A stretch of DNA of 55,953 nt, the filler included, from Jimgerdemannia flammicorona (taxonomy: Eukaryota), in assembly GCA_003990765.1 (NCBI GenBank). It is 3 parts of 3 records of this genome, joined end to end, with 100 filler letters (N's around TTAATTAATTAA, not from the genome) between each part and the next. Parts side by side here need not be neighbours in the genome. Positions count along the whole stretch, not along the records: positions 37,373 to 55,953 come from RBNJ01002172.1; 2 more parts are not named here. One strand, given 5' to 3'. The notes under the pieces are model-generated. The model was not told the DNA's origin. It did not search any database and saw nothing but the letters and a program-made list of their open reading frames with translations. Numbering within the stretch: the stretch's first letter is position 1; each line of letters opens with the position of its first letter. This document shows positions 38,776 through 52,139 of the stretch, piece by piece. A program made the translations under genes and the position numbers.

Positions 38776-41700
38776 CCTAGACAAGTACCTAGTAGACCGC
38801 TCTCCCTCCTCAAGCCCCTGCCATCTAAGCCGGGCTACCATACCTCACATATGAGTCACCTCCTCCTCTCACAACACCTGTTGTAGTTCTACAACCTCCA
38901 ATTTCACCCTCACTAACCTCCAATCCTCCACCTCATCAGATGCAAGCAAATCTGCCCACTCCAACTGCAATCTTTGCAGCCTATTGGAGGCAGACTGTAT
39001 TCGCCTCCTCCTCCTTCTCCCTGCCTCCCTACCAGCTCCTCCCTAATAAAACCTCACAGCCTCCTTCAATCTCATCCAACGGACACCCACAGATAAACCC
39101 TCCTGCCTCCAAAACGGAATCTTTGTCTGTATGTCCTCTACCCACGAGTCCCACAACCTCTTCTCGGCCAGCAGGGAGGAGTTAAGATGCCAATGTCCGG
39201 GTCCATCTCCACTCCCCCCAAACCACCCCTGCCCAATCAGTCCCCAGTGATCAGAACATGGGCACCACACTACCTCAAAAGTCTTCCAGACATCAGCACC
39301 CCAACATTCAGCTGTCAGAATCCAGTTAATCCGTGTCCCTAGGCCATTCACCCAGTACGTATAGACCCTGGCATCACCCCACCATGTTCGGCCCATATCT
39401 CCTAAGGAGCTAAGGTTTTCCACCTCCTCTCATGCATCCAGACCACCACTCCTCCCACCAGCATTTCTTCCTCCATCAGTCCTATCCAACCGTAAATCTC
39501 AAACCATGTTAAAATCACCACCAAGAACATCAACCCCTTCCTCCAAGAGAATGCCCTCCTCCAGTAGTTCCTTGATCCATGCAATCCTCTCTTCCCTAGC
39601 CACTGGGCAGTAGCATGAGCCCACCCTCACTGATTCTCACCCTGGCTGGTGCCATTCGCCCCAGACCAGTCGATCTCCCCAGTTCTTGATTCTCTCCAAA
39701 TCTCTCCTACCCTTCTTCAACAGAATCACCACTTTACCAAACCAAGCAGTAGTCCCACCCCATTCTCTAGTCCATTCCACCCGATCATCCTCATCCTCAC
39801 ACCGTATATCCTGCAGTAAAAAGAGATCAGCCTCCAATCTCTTTAGCCAAGTAAAAATGTTCTTACGTCACCCAGATCCTCAAAGACCATTCACATTGAG
39901 AGATAAAATGTTAGTTGTACTGTTCATGGAGAATATTGTTAAAGATTAAACCTCTCCTCTACAAATCCACACCCAAGTCCACTTGTGCCAAATCTAAGTC
40001 ATATTCTGCAGCCAGTTCCTTCTTCTCAGCTCCCTGCGCCTCCAGCCCCTTCAGAAGTTCAACCATTGCCCCATCCTCTTTCTCCTCAAAGTCCTCTCTA
40101 TACTCCCTACAGGCCTCCTGCCAGAACTGCAGACCATGGCATTCCACCAAACAGTAGGCCGCCTGCTCACCTGCAACAACCACCAGCTCCGTCTTCCTTA
40201 CCTCATCCACCTCATAACCCTCTTCCTCCAGTAGTATCATAAGAATCTCCATCTGCAGCACCTCTACCACTCCCCCACCTCGCAGAATCTGTGCCCAGTG
40301 CTCCTCCAGCATGACCCTCAGATCCACTTCCCCCAACACCTCAGCTGCAAGGTTATCCATCACCTTGCTCATCCACAGCAGATTCCTGATCTCCTTCCCT
40401 CCAGGGGTCCCTGGCCACCCTGTATCCAGCATCGTAGTATCCACACCCACACTGGCATCCTCATTCCACTTCTCTTCTGGGACATCCACCAGCTCATCCT
40501 CTCCAACAGCTACCACCTGGCCCCCTTTCGCCACATCTGGGACCCCAAAGGTAACCCGCTGGGCCCCCTTCATCAGTACATCTTCTGCTGCCCCTCGCTG
40601 CCCCACCGGGCCCCTCCTGATAAGTGGGGGGGGGGTACTATCCGACTCCTCCTCCCAGACCTCAAAAGTACCATCTGCATAGGGATCCCTGCCCAGCACC
40701 TTTGCAGCCCATTCTTCCATCACCACTGCCTCCTTTCCACCTTCACTAGCCCATATACTGGCTTTGACACCTCCAGACCTGACAGCCCCATCAACCTTCC
40801 TCTTCTTCCCTCCTGTCATACTCGCCAAGAGCTCCTTCTGCCTCAAGCGCCCCTGAGCCAGCTCCCACTGCCTCTTGTCAGTGCAGATACACTTCCCCTC
40901 CACAATCTCCAAATGCGTCGACTCCTCAAAGAGCTTCCAGGCCTTTGCCCGCCATTCTACCGCACCACTCATCTCCTTCAACACCTCCAACAAATCCTCC
41001 TCCTCCTCCTCCTCACTCCCCTTCACCCTCGACACCTTACAAATAAAGGCCCCCCACATCAACACTAAGGGCCAGTCACCAGTCTTCCCTGTAGCCTCCC
41101 TCCCTGCCAGCCAGATCCTGATATCAACATTGCCAGTCCTGATCATTGTCCCCTCCCACACCTGGAAGCCAATATCCACCACATCTCCATACTCCACCAT
41201 CACCTCCTCTACCCTCCTCCTCGTCTCCTCCTTTGTCACTGTGGGCACCCCCTTCACCAGCAGCTGCACCACCCTGGGGTCCCACCTCAAACAGCGTACC
41301 ATGGGGACCACCATCTCTCCAACTGCCACTCCTGCCCTCAGTGCCTCTTTCAGTAGGCCCACCTCTTCAAAGCCCACCTCAACTCCCTCCAGACCCTTCA
41401 GGAATTTCACCAAAGCTGCCCCAGCCACCTGCTTCGAGATAAGCCCCAAGACCATCCTCGCCATCACCCCTAAGCCTCGGAAGCACAGAGTCACTGCAAA
41501 CTCCGAGATCGACTTCTTGAGTAATGGTGCTACTGCCAGCTCCATAACACCATCAGCCAGGTCCCCCTTCCGCATTGGAACCCCCTGCCCCACCTGGCCA
41601 TCAGCCGTCACATCTCTTTTTTTTTCCTGATTCCCCATCACCCCCCATCAATAGTCACATCCCCAGCCACCGCCCCTCCAGCCCCTACTCCTGTAATTCC

Positions 41701-42081
41701 AGCCTGAGCACCACCCCCCCTCCCCAGGCTTGCCTTGCCCTTCCCCTCAGCAGCACCAGCCCTATTACCAGCCAGCCACCCACTCCCCTTGACCTTGTCT
41801 GCGAAGCTTGGAAACCCAGATCTTCCCCCATTGTCACTGGCAGACCCTTGCCCTCCAGCCCTGCCTCCTTCTCCACCATGTCCTCCCACCAGCAGGCCCC
41901 TCATGCTTCCCCCCAAGCCAGGTCCTCTCCCCACATGCTGCCATCCAAACGCTCCAGGGCCACCCTGCCCAGTATACACCTCAGGATTCTCGTCGGTAGC
42001 CATAATACTAGTAGCTTGTCTCCAGAAACTGCATCGAAAGTGTTGCCAAAAGATTGTGTAACCTGAATGTTACTGGAGAAA
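38734..42081 (-). mobile_element. L1/Tx1-type non-LTR retrotransposon, 5' part (short 5'UTR, ORF1, endonuclease region of ORF2)
   Basis: ORF1 42003-39959 with a frameshift near 41638. ORF2 starts at 39927: MNSTTNILSLNVNGL..FLLQD..GGDFNMV..TRINWI..SDH..GPGHWHLNSSLL..RWQGLEEGERSTRY (APE endonuclease plus L1 linker motif), broken by several TGA stops. Confidence 0.9.
39959..42003 (-). pseudogene. LINE ORF1 (Tx1-like, frameshifted)
   Basis: The 42003-41638 ORF (MATDENPE..SFADKVK) continues after a frameshift into the 560-aa ORF 41641-39959 (LLVKGVP..YGDVVDI..IRTGN); it ends 31 nt before the ORF2 ATG. Confidence 0.75.
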
Positions 42082-42190
42082 GTATAGACCCTGGTGTTGC
42101 CCCACCATGTTCTGCCCATATCCCCTAAGGAGCTGAGATACTCTACCTCCTCTCACACATCCAGACTACCACTCCTCCCACTCATATTTC
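42082..42190 (-). mobile_element. Fragment of another copy of the same LINE (endonuclease region)
   Basis: Homologous to ~39359-39468 (gtatagaccctgg...ccccaccatgttc..cccatat..cctaaggagct...ccactcctccca). Confidence 0.85.
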
Positions 42191-43560
42191 TCTTTTTATT
42201 TTTTTTTTTTTTTTTATAGTCACTTGGACTGCCCTTTATTTCCGATCTATTCTATAATTACAACCATCCCACCCCCTATCCAATCCCCCTAGGGGGTCCC
42301 CCCCCCCCTACCCCTTCCCTGTGAAAGGCCACTTTGTCTAACACCATCTCTATCTGCCCATCACTCTATACATAGATCTTTTCCACCAGACCATAACGTC
42401 ACCCACTCTGGGGATCCCAATCTACCTACCACCCAGTCAGCAGATCCCTCATCAACCCCTCCCACCATAATAACTTCTCCTATAAATCTATCTGTCACCC
42501 TTCCTTGAAAACAAAGAGCCAATGATCAGCCAGTTCTACCCATACTACTAAAACCCACCCTACAGTGAGCCAACTATTGTCCACCCCACCTACTAGCCAA
42601 GATTTCAAATCCTCCCAGCAGCCTCTCACACTATCCAGCCTCCTCTCTACACCCAGCCTATTCTCTACTTCTCTCCAAAAGTCCCCCAAAACCTCACACT
42701 CTCTTAGCCAATGTTCTGGTGTCTACACAAATTCTCCAACTTGTCCTACATTATAACACTCCTCACAATCTAATTGGCTGCCTTTCACCAGATACTCTAC
42801 ATGAAAATTCAACATAACATTCCTCCACAGTATTCTCCACCATACCATCCAGAACTTGGGAGAAAGTCACCTCTGTACCTCAGCACTCCATAATCAGACA
42901 CCTGCCCAGTCCTACTCCTCATCAATCCTTGCCACCTGCTAGCCACTTGGCTAAAGATCCTGGCCAAGACTCTGCTGACACTCCACTCCATTCTCAATAT
43001 CAAACTCAGCAAGCAGAGTACCCCCCAGAAGAAGTCTGTCTCATTACCATATATTAGGACCCAATATCATCTCTCCCTCATTACCTCACCAGCACAGGTC
43101 AATTCTGTGTACTCCATCCACCACCCCCTATCAAAAACCCTTAAACCACATCCATTGACTTCCATTCAGTCCCACCAAAGAGAGCAAATCTCCTGAGAAC
43201 TCTTGAGGGGAGGATCTCATCTCTTACACCTTCTGCAACAGTAGCACCCAACCCCCTCCCTGCAGTTCAACAGCTCTCTTCAACCATCAGGCTTGCAGGC
43301 AGTACAACCTCTTAGGGAAATCCACAAGGCCCAGACCTCCCCTAACCACCAGTATTGCAAGAGTATCCCAACTGATCTGGGACCTCCTCCCTGCCCAAAT
43401 TCAATCTCTAGCCATCTTTATCAGCCTCTTCACCACCCAAGCTGAGAAGTCTAGATGATATACCATATACCATAGCTTGGGGAACAGTAGACATTCAGAA
43501 TTAATATCTGCCCTGTCAGAGAGATATGGTGGCCCCCCCACCCTTGAAGGGCTTCTCCCC
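42191..43560 (-). mobile_element. 5'-truncated L1/Tx1 LINE 3' end with poly(A) tail
   Basis: GWGGHHISLTGQILILN, WDTL..GGLGLVDF..QA*WLKR, zinc-knuckle remnant TPEHWLREC..FWREVE; poly-T on the + strand at ~42193-42215. Confidence 0.85.
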
Positions 43561-43564
43561 AAAT

Positions 43565-46500
43565 GGTCACCCTACTCTCTCACTACAAAGAGAAGGAACT
43601 CCTACAAGAGGAGGCTGCTTTCCATTTATCCAAATGAATCAAGAACTATACCTTGCTCTCATCTAGAGCCTGTACCATAGAAGCCTCAAAAAGATAATTC
43701 AGCTAGCTCACAAGCTATTTATTTAAAGAAATTTTAAGAAATTTCAAGAAGGTGATGACAAACTTTAGAGAGTTGAAGGAGACTAATATACCTGAGTTTT
43801 ACAAAAAGATTAAATACAGAAGATACTCATAACAAACTATAATCAGAATGTATACTGAGGAATTGGAGCCACTATTGTAAGAATCAAGAAGAGATACTAG
43901 TAGTTAAAAATAAGAAAACAAATTTCAACACACATTTAATAATATGATATCTGTCAAAGATACTGACAAATACCAACTGACAAAGCACCACTAATACTAA
44001 TTACAACACTAGTTAGAACCTTTCAAAGACTAGGAATAGACATCATTGACTCTCTGCTAGTAATTAATCAGAGAAAATGCTATATTCTCACCATTGAAGA
44101 TCATCTGATGAAATAGCCTAAAGTTCTTGCCATTGAGACTACTGATACTCAGACAATCATTGAGATCTTATATGATGAAATTTTCAGCTACTACAGTGTC
44201 CCTAAGGAAATTATCACAGACCAAGATCAGGAATTTATTAACAAAGCCATGAAGACCTTTGCAGCCAACTTTAAGATCAAACTGCATCTAATAACAGCTT
44301 ATCACTTATAAGCAAATAGACTTACTGAATAAATGAACCAGACCATTAAGCAAGACCTCAGTAAAACTAGAGATTAATTGAATTGGGACATCTATCTTCT
44401 AGTAATCCTATTCAGCATCTATACTTCAAAAGCTACTACTACTCAACAGACCCCTTTCTATTTGGTGTATAGCCAAGAAGTACAAGACTCTACTGAACTA
44501 ACTCAGCTAGACTTGGCAAAATGAGTCACTGAAGAGATCACCTAGTTATATATAAAGTATGCCAATAAGTATAAGGTTTTATTGCTAAAATACAAGAGTG
44601 ATAAAAGAAGTACTATGACCACAAAGCAGACCTCAAACCCCTACTTATTAGATAATAAGTCTTGGTATACTACACTATCATAGAGGGGAACTGGAGTACC
44701 AAACTCAAACTGAAATAGAAAGGACTCTATCTCATCTATCAAAAATTCACAAACTATACTTATCAACTTAAGACTCTGAATAGAGTTATACTCAAGACTA
44801 AGATATACTATAACTATATAAGATCTTATTACTCAGTAGAAGTAAAATACATTGAATAACTCCATTCACTCTATCTGTGTTATCTCTATTAGAGAATAAT
44901 AGATACTGACATTACTGAAACCAATCTCAAGTCTATCTATATAATATATATAACTACTAGAAATTATCTCAGATGGTAGAAAAATCCATTTCTGAGAGAT
45001 TCAAATTCCCAGCCATAACAATGGGAGCCCTCACCCCAGACAAAGATGGCTAGTTCTTACAAATATACCAATAGTTTTAAAAAAAAGAGAACTAAGATCT
45101 GCTATTTCTGTATAACTATCACTACTGAGAACAGTTATAATTTTGCAAGAGGCAGATGTGATAACACCTTTGAAACCAGTGACATCAGAATTCAGAAGAC
45201 TGCTTTGACTTCACAAGCTATTAGTTACAAATTATAACTCAACACTAACTCATTCTGATTATAAGATGATCTGTATCTGAACTCATAATAACTTATGATA
45301 ACTCTAGTAGTATACTACTACTAGTTAGATGACCCTACTCTCTGAACTAAAGAAGAAGACCTTCAAGATATAAAAGAAGCATCAAGAGAAGAAGTACAAA
45401 GTATTAACTATAAATAGAAAACCTACTATAAAACAAAATATCTGTTATCTGCCAAATAGTTAGATTAAGGAGCTATCTAGGTCTATTAGTTCAAGAACAG
45501 ATATTAACTGATATTAAGAGGGCAATGAGGCTGTATATAAGAAGAATCTCTAGTCTGAACCTCTATATAAAGGGCCTCTATCACTATATCCTCAACTGCC
45601 AAGAAATAGAGATAAGAATTATTACTACTACTGAGTATCTTTAGATGTAATAAGAATATGAGCTAGAATATTACCTCCATCAAGAGTTCATATAAGCCAG
45701 CTCAAGAAATTGTGAATGCCACAGATATAGACAGATATATATAAACAGAAACTGATCAAAAGAGTCTACCAGATCTTCAGACATATACCCTGGACCATTC
45801 TTAACCTAGAATATATCAAAGTCTCTGATATTCAAGAATTGATAAGTTACTTTATAGACTACTTTGAGGAAATAGTTATAGAAGAGGTCCAATCTACTAT
45901 CATAATTAAAAGTGATAAGACTCAAGACCTTTGGAACTCCATCTTAAAGGACAATCCAGACCAATTTATTTATGATCTGATTGTACTATTTCAAGGCTCT
46001 CCCTTGAGAGTCTGCTATCTCTAGAATTTTACAGATATTCTCTACTTTGTAGATAACCTCACTATTGACTAGAGATCTCAAGAGTAGAATGATCTTATAT
46101 CTTTTAATAATATCACCCTCTCAGACAACTTGGAGAATGGTGATAACTTACTTATTTTATTAGAAGATGATATCAATAACTTCCTTTCTATACTTCCAGA
46201 GCCCACTACTAACTTCAGTACAACTGTGGGGAATATAAAAAATGATTTGGCCAGACTTTCTAAAGAAAATACAAAGGAGGATGAGGATGATATAATTCCA
46301 GTCATATTGAATTTTAAGATATATGAGAATAGTTCTATTAGCCAAATTGAGTAAGTTAGTTAGTTGTATAAATAGTAACTATATATTAACTAGCTAAATT
46401 TGTCACAAACATAAAATTAGTCTTATCTAGTTAGTTAGTCACCTGAATTTCAAAAGTATACTAAATAGTATCTTCTAGTAATTATGAGTTATAGTCAATT

Positions 46501-47830
46501 ACCTAGCCTTATTCTTAGCCTGAAAGTTGTATAAATACCCCCTAATCTGTAGTGAATAAATCTTAGTCAATTAGTTCTGAAAAATAAGAGAAGTTAAGTA
46601 TAAGAACTTTAGAAAAGACTCCAAGAGCTAAAGGAATTTACTCTTGCTGCTACTACTATAAAATTAAATATGAGACTATAGAAATTAAGATACAAGTCAA
46701 GACCACTTTATTCAAGATATAAGTTAGTTTGAGTTTGAAGTAAAAAGAATTATAGAGAAATCTACTGCCTCTAAGAGATAGAATAATTCTAAAAATAAGA
46801 TAACTAGAGTAATAACTACTTAAGATTTGAGTTAAAGAATTTCTCTTACTACAGAATTCAAGACCACTATCAGAAATAATTACCATTAGGATATAAGACT
46901 CTGGAAAATATCAGAATATCACTAGGAAACATAGAGAATCTGCAAAATGATCACCAGGAAACTCTAGAACAACTCACTATCATCATAAAAATTAGATATG
47001 AGATTATAGAAATCAAAATTGAGATCATAATTCAAGTTCAGAAAAACTTGCTAAAAAACTTAGTCAAGGATACTAAAATAATTGCCAATCTACCAGAAGA
47101 CAATAAAGTACTATCAAGAAATATAGAGAATCTGTGATATATATTCTTTAACCTTTCATCATTCTGAACATTCAGTCATATGATTAATGACTTGTGATAT
47201 ATAAATCACAACTCAGACAAATTGAATAGCAGTTAAAGTAAACATTGAGCCAGAATATTTTTAGTAGAAGAGATAAATAGTATATAAATAACCAGTGGCA
47301 TATTGAGCTATATAATTTAATAAAAAATCCATATAAATTATATACTATATTATATAGAGATATTGGAGAACAGAAGGTGAAAATTCTCATTAATATAGAA
47401 GTAGCTATCTGTATCATTACCAAATAATTTCTAAATAACCTCTAGTGGCTCATTGATGGACTATCTAATTTTAGCATTATAGTAGCAGAACTCAATCTCT
47501 TAGAAAAGTACAAAATATTACCATCTCTCTTAGATATATTTAGTTCTCTATTTCAAAAGCTATTGTTACCAAAACTGTCACTTAGAACTTAATCCTTAGT
47601 ACTAACTAGATGAAGGAAATAAATACAATTATTAATATTGGCCAACAGGTACTCAAATTTAACTATAGAGAAAAGAAGTACAGAATCAAGGTAACTAGCT
47701 ATAAGTAATCAAAGAAAAAGAAGAAGATTATTATCTGGGAAGAGTATACCAGTAGTGAAGAATCTACTATAAAGGAAGAAGAAGAATCTGAAGATAGAAA
47801 TGATTCCAGACTCAATTTATATATCAATCT
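43565..47830 (+). mobile_element. Heavily mutated Ty3/Gypsy LTR retrotransposon (integrase, 3' region, LTR-like segment, then gag/protease of an adjacent copy)
   Basis: Integrase remnants PFQRLGIDII, VPKEIITDQDQEF, TAYHL*ANRLTE*MNQTIK (~44019-44350) and a decayed GPY-type motif KLKLK*KGLY (~44700); noncoding ~46355-46610; protease-like KVKILINIEVA (~47375-47405). Confidence 0.8.
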
Positions 47831-47974
47831 AGTAGATGACAGACTGTAAGAGAGTACTTTCTTAGAGTATTGTTATATAATTCTGGAAGAGTTTCTGGAA
47901 ATTCTAGAAGACTGTTTTCTTAAGATTAAGATCAATTTTATATAGAGTATATCTTCTATGTAGTACTCTGAATG

Positions 47975-48130
47975 AATGGAATTGATCCAGATGAGATTTG
48001 ATTCAGATTCATCATACATATAATGGATTCGAATCAACTCAGATTAGTCTTGTGATCTGATCCAGATTGATCCATCTGGATTGATCCATTCAGATTGATC
48101 TATCTGAATTGATCTATTTATATTGATTAT
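47975..48130. repeat. Degenerate ~14-bp tandem repeat (gattgatccatctg-like)
   Basis: Repeated attgatcca/gattc units. Confidence 0.7.
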
Positions 48131-49199
48131 ATGAAATCTTTAATGACATCACCCTTTCTTTTGTTCATTTTTCACTCTATTTTTTTTCCTACCATACTTT
48201 AGTAATATCACTCTTTCTTTTATTCTCTCTCTTCTTTTGTTCTTTCTTTGTTCTTTTTCTTTGTTTTTTTTCTTTTCTACTATATTATGAGTAAACAAAA
48301 CAGTAGTTCTTAATTGTACATTGGTCCAGTCTATTCATTTTTTTTACCCTACAATAATCATCAAAAGAGAGAGTATTTGAGGTAGAAATGCACTCTCTAC
48401 TGACCATATTAAATTTTTTCTCATATGGGTAGCACACAAGCTGCTCATCAAGAGCCAAAGGGATGACAGCAGTGGTAATGGTAGTGGCAATGGTGATGGT
48501 GGTGGCAATGGTGGAGATGAGGGAGAATTCCAGCAACAACTCATAGCAGCCCTTCAGATCTCAGAATTCACAGACCTCACAGCTATGTACACAGTAGCCT
48601 TTTTGGAGCAGCTGATAGTAGATGTAGGTCACTCATTCTACTGTCACTTGTTTACTTGTATTTACTTTTTTAATTTCCTCCAGCACAACCCAATTCATCT
48701 TATGTTTTTCTTAAGGTCTACAGCTCTACAGTAAGATCTACTGACTTTATTTGCAATATCTGGTCAAGATGAAGAAAGGCTGGCAGATATTGTGGGGTAT
48801 GCCTTTGGTAGCTGAGCTGTTGAGTCAATATATTGTATGATGGAGATCTCAAAAGGAACAGAAGTAAGCCTTCATGAGCAATCTTATGTAACTTGTGCAA
48901 CTCATTGGTATGCAACTCACTCACTTATGCTCTTTTTCTGAAATATCTATCTTTGTGTTTTATTTAACTTTATTTTTATGTAGTCTCTCCTAAAAACACC
49001 CACATGACACCTGTATGCAATTTGTCTGCACACAATTCATCTGTATATATATATATATATATAAAGAAGGAAATTCTATCTATAAGATATGCTGATAATA
49101 TACTTAATAATTATATAGAAGGAGAAATATTATGTATATAATAATATTATATTAGAGTTTTTCTACAAATAGTATTAATAATTTATATAAGAATATCAC

Positions 49200-50900
49200 T
49201 CTTATTATTAGTGTGATATTATAGTGAAGTCTTTATAACAATCTTATAAAAAGACTCCTAAGTATTTGATGTAAAATTGTCTAGAATACCAAAGTTCTAA
49301 ATAGTATATATGTAAGATCAACAAGCCACTGATGAAGCTTTAGAAGCTATAGTTTAAATATACTTATATCATAAATAGAGCTATGAATTCCTGACCTTAG
49401 TGTATTTCTAGTTTTCAAAAATCTTAAATATTAGAGAGTATTTGAGTCTTTATCCTTGATATAGAATAATGTTCTAAGAATATAGTAAAAACATAAAGAA
49501 GAGAAATAAATTATATAATAAATAAGTTAAAATTATTAGTAAATAAATATATCAAATAATACAGAATACTATTAATATCTTTAATAATAAAAGATATATA
49601 TAGCTGATCTCAGTACTCTAAAGTAGTAAATATAATAGTAGAGCCAAAGATAGGATTCTTAAAGATATTAAGTTCTGGCTATTATGATATTTTTATATAA
49701 TAAGTATTAAGTATTCTCAATAGCTCAGTAACACTCTGTATAAAATTTATTATGAAATATTATACTATCAAAGAAATAAGCATTATGAATAGACTAAGAT
49801 TAATAGTATATATATAATTAAAAGATAGTATATAATAGATATTAAATAACTTATATCTCTAAATATATTTTCTATAAGTCAAAATGAGTATTTCTATATA
49901 ATGTTTTATATATTAGTAATATTATTTAGCTGTTTGAATATAAGAACTACTTGCTGAGGTTTTTTCATCTTTGCTTCAGTATACCATAGTTCTTCTAGCT
50001 CAGATTCATCAATATTGAGAGTATTAAACTACTGATTAAGAATAAAACAACCATGATATCTATATTTTGAGTTTTATAATCTATATATAGCTAATATAGT
50101 TGATGCTTCAAGCCAGTCTATAATAAAAAAAGAGAGAAGATATATCTATATATATGATAATTACTAAGTTGAAATGAGATTTCTAAATTGTACTATTGCT
50201 TAATTAGTATGAGAATAATATTGAAATATTTGTGATAAATGTTAATCTATATAGATATAAATAAATTACTTTGACTCTCTGATATACTTAAGGCTTAAAG
50301 TATAGATAAATAGATAATTATAGACTTTACTTTTATTGTTATATATATTGTAGCTGAAATATTTCCAAGAGAAATATAGATAAGATATACAATACTATAA
50401 TTTGTCAGAGTTATATCAATATAGAGAATAATAGAGATAATACTTATATTATTATCTAGAATATTTTATAAGTATTTTTGTATCTTTTTCTACTAAGATG
50501 TTATCTAAACCTCTGAGATAATGTGTTCTAAAGTTCTATTTATATCTTTCATCATCAAGATAAACTTAAATTGCAGAACTAACTAAAATTATTTCAAAAG
50601 TTCAAAAATACTCTCTACTGTATCATAATACTTCATATATATTACCTTATTGTTATATATAAATACTTCTGTAGTTCTCTACTTATTGTTTTCTTGATAA
50701 GCATCTTCAAGCTATCTATATATAGTATCAATTATATATAGTAGATTATCTGTAAGCATACAAGAATTACTATATATTTGTAAATATTTGAGAAGTCTGA
50801 TATAAGATTTTTTAAAATATTTAGATAATTTATAATAAGCATTATAAAATCTTAAGTAAAATTATTATAAGGAGAAAGTGAAAGCTCCTTTGAAAGAAAT
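49200..50900 (-). mobile_element. Probable decayed hAT-type DNA transposase
   Basis: Very AT-rich. On the minus strand there is an ASSVAC segment near 49320-49345 with a DF(W)K-like segment just upstream (resembles the hAT dimerisation motif) and a possible decayed LNPKY-type motif near 50060-50090. Weak. Confidence 0.3.
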
Positions 50901-50914
50901 CTAGAGTGAAGTAA

Positions 50915-51240
50915 TAAATCTTATCAATTTGGTAAATTTAGCAAATTTAACATATTTTATAAATTTGATATATTTTACAAATTTGACATATTTTACAAAT
51001 TTAATATATTCTGTAAATTTAATATATTTATCTATAAATTCAATATATTCTACAAATTTAATGTATTCTACAAATTTGACATATTTTGCAAATTCAATAT
51101 ATTTTACAAATTTGACATATTCTGCAAATTTGCTATATTCATCTACAAATTTAATATATTTTACAAATTTAATATATTTTGCAAATTTGATATATTTAGC
51201 AAATTTGATATCAATATATTCTACAAATTTGGTAAATTTT
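50915..51240. repeat. 18/21-bp tandem repeat (aaatttgacatattttac-like)
   Basis: More than 15 units; reads as repeated KFxEYx/NLxYFT peptides, probably a decayed coding repeat of a transposon. Confidence 0.85.
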
Positions 51241-51459
51241 CCTCAGATATTCTATTATTACTTTTTTATAATAAGTTCAACTCTGGAATTTATTAATGAT
51301 ATATCATAAGATGAAGATTATAGAAGCTTATATAATTTACAAGTACTGAGTATGTTCCAAACTGATAGTTATAATGATCACAGAAATATAACATTTTTCT
51401 ACTAAGAAATCAAAGCTGTATACCAGCAAGCTAAGTAAAGATATATAAATTGAAGCTAC

Positions 51460-51560
51460 ATATATATTGAATAGAAGCTAAAGCTGTATACTGAATAGAA
51501 GCTAAAGCTATATATTGAATGGAAACTGGAGCTATATACTAGATAGAAGACTAAATAATT
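51460..51560. repeat. 24-bp tandem repeat (tatattgaatagaagctaaagctg-like)
   Basis: About 4 degenerate units. Confidence 0.7.
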
Positions 51561-52139
51561 AAAATAAAAGCTAAATAGTTCATAGTAAACATTATTACAT
51601 CTAGTCACTTTTTCATTATTCTTCCTTTTATTCTCCATCTCTACTATTACTGTTATTTATTTGCCACTATTACTACTATTTTGCCACTATTATCTCCTAT
51701 CTCTATTACTAGTTACTATTGTTAATACTATCTATCATCTTGATTAGTTCAATTGTCTAATTGCTATTGCCTTATTATTATTGTCTCTTGCTAAGCCTGA
51801 ACTTAAGGATACTAAGTTGGTAATCTTGAAATATGAGTATCTGAAGTTTGAAAGGATTGAGGAAGAGATCAGATAGCAGAAAGAAATTGAATGAAGTTAG
51901 TGAGAAGAGAGATTCAGTTTTGAGAAGTAGAATTAGATAAGGTTAGTAAGAAGAGAGATATAGTTTTGGAGAGCAGTAATAGGATTATTAAATAAAAGAT
52001 ACTGCCTGGTATTATAAAAAAAAAAAAGAGATTTGAAAAGGTCAGGAAAAGAATGTTGAATCTATTATAGTTTAGGAGTAACTTAATTTCAAATCTAGTA
52101 TTCAATAGTACTTTATATTTATATAAATTATTTATATAT

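Noticed and set aside
39430..39927. Multiple in-frame TGA codons suggesting selenocysteine or an alternative genetic code
   Set aside because: They lie in a dead LINE and are explained by C-to-T/G-to-A changes; host genes in the window use TGA as stop.
50929..51309. 126-aa NLxYF repeat ORF or CRISPR-like periodicity
   Set aside because: A simple decayed tandem repeat with no unique spacers, in a eukaryotic TE context.
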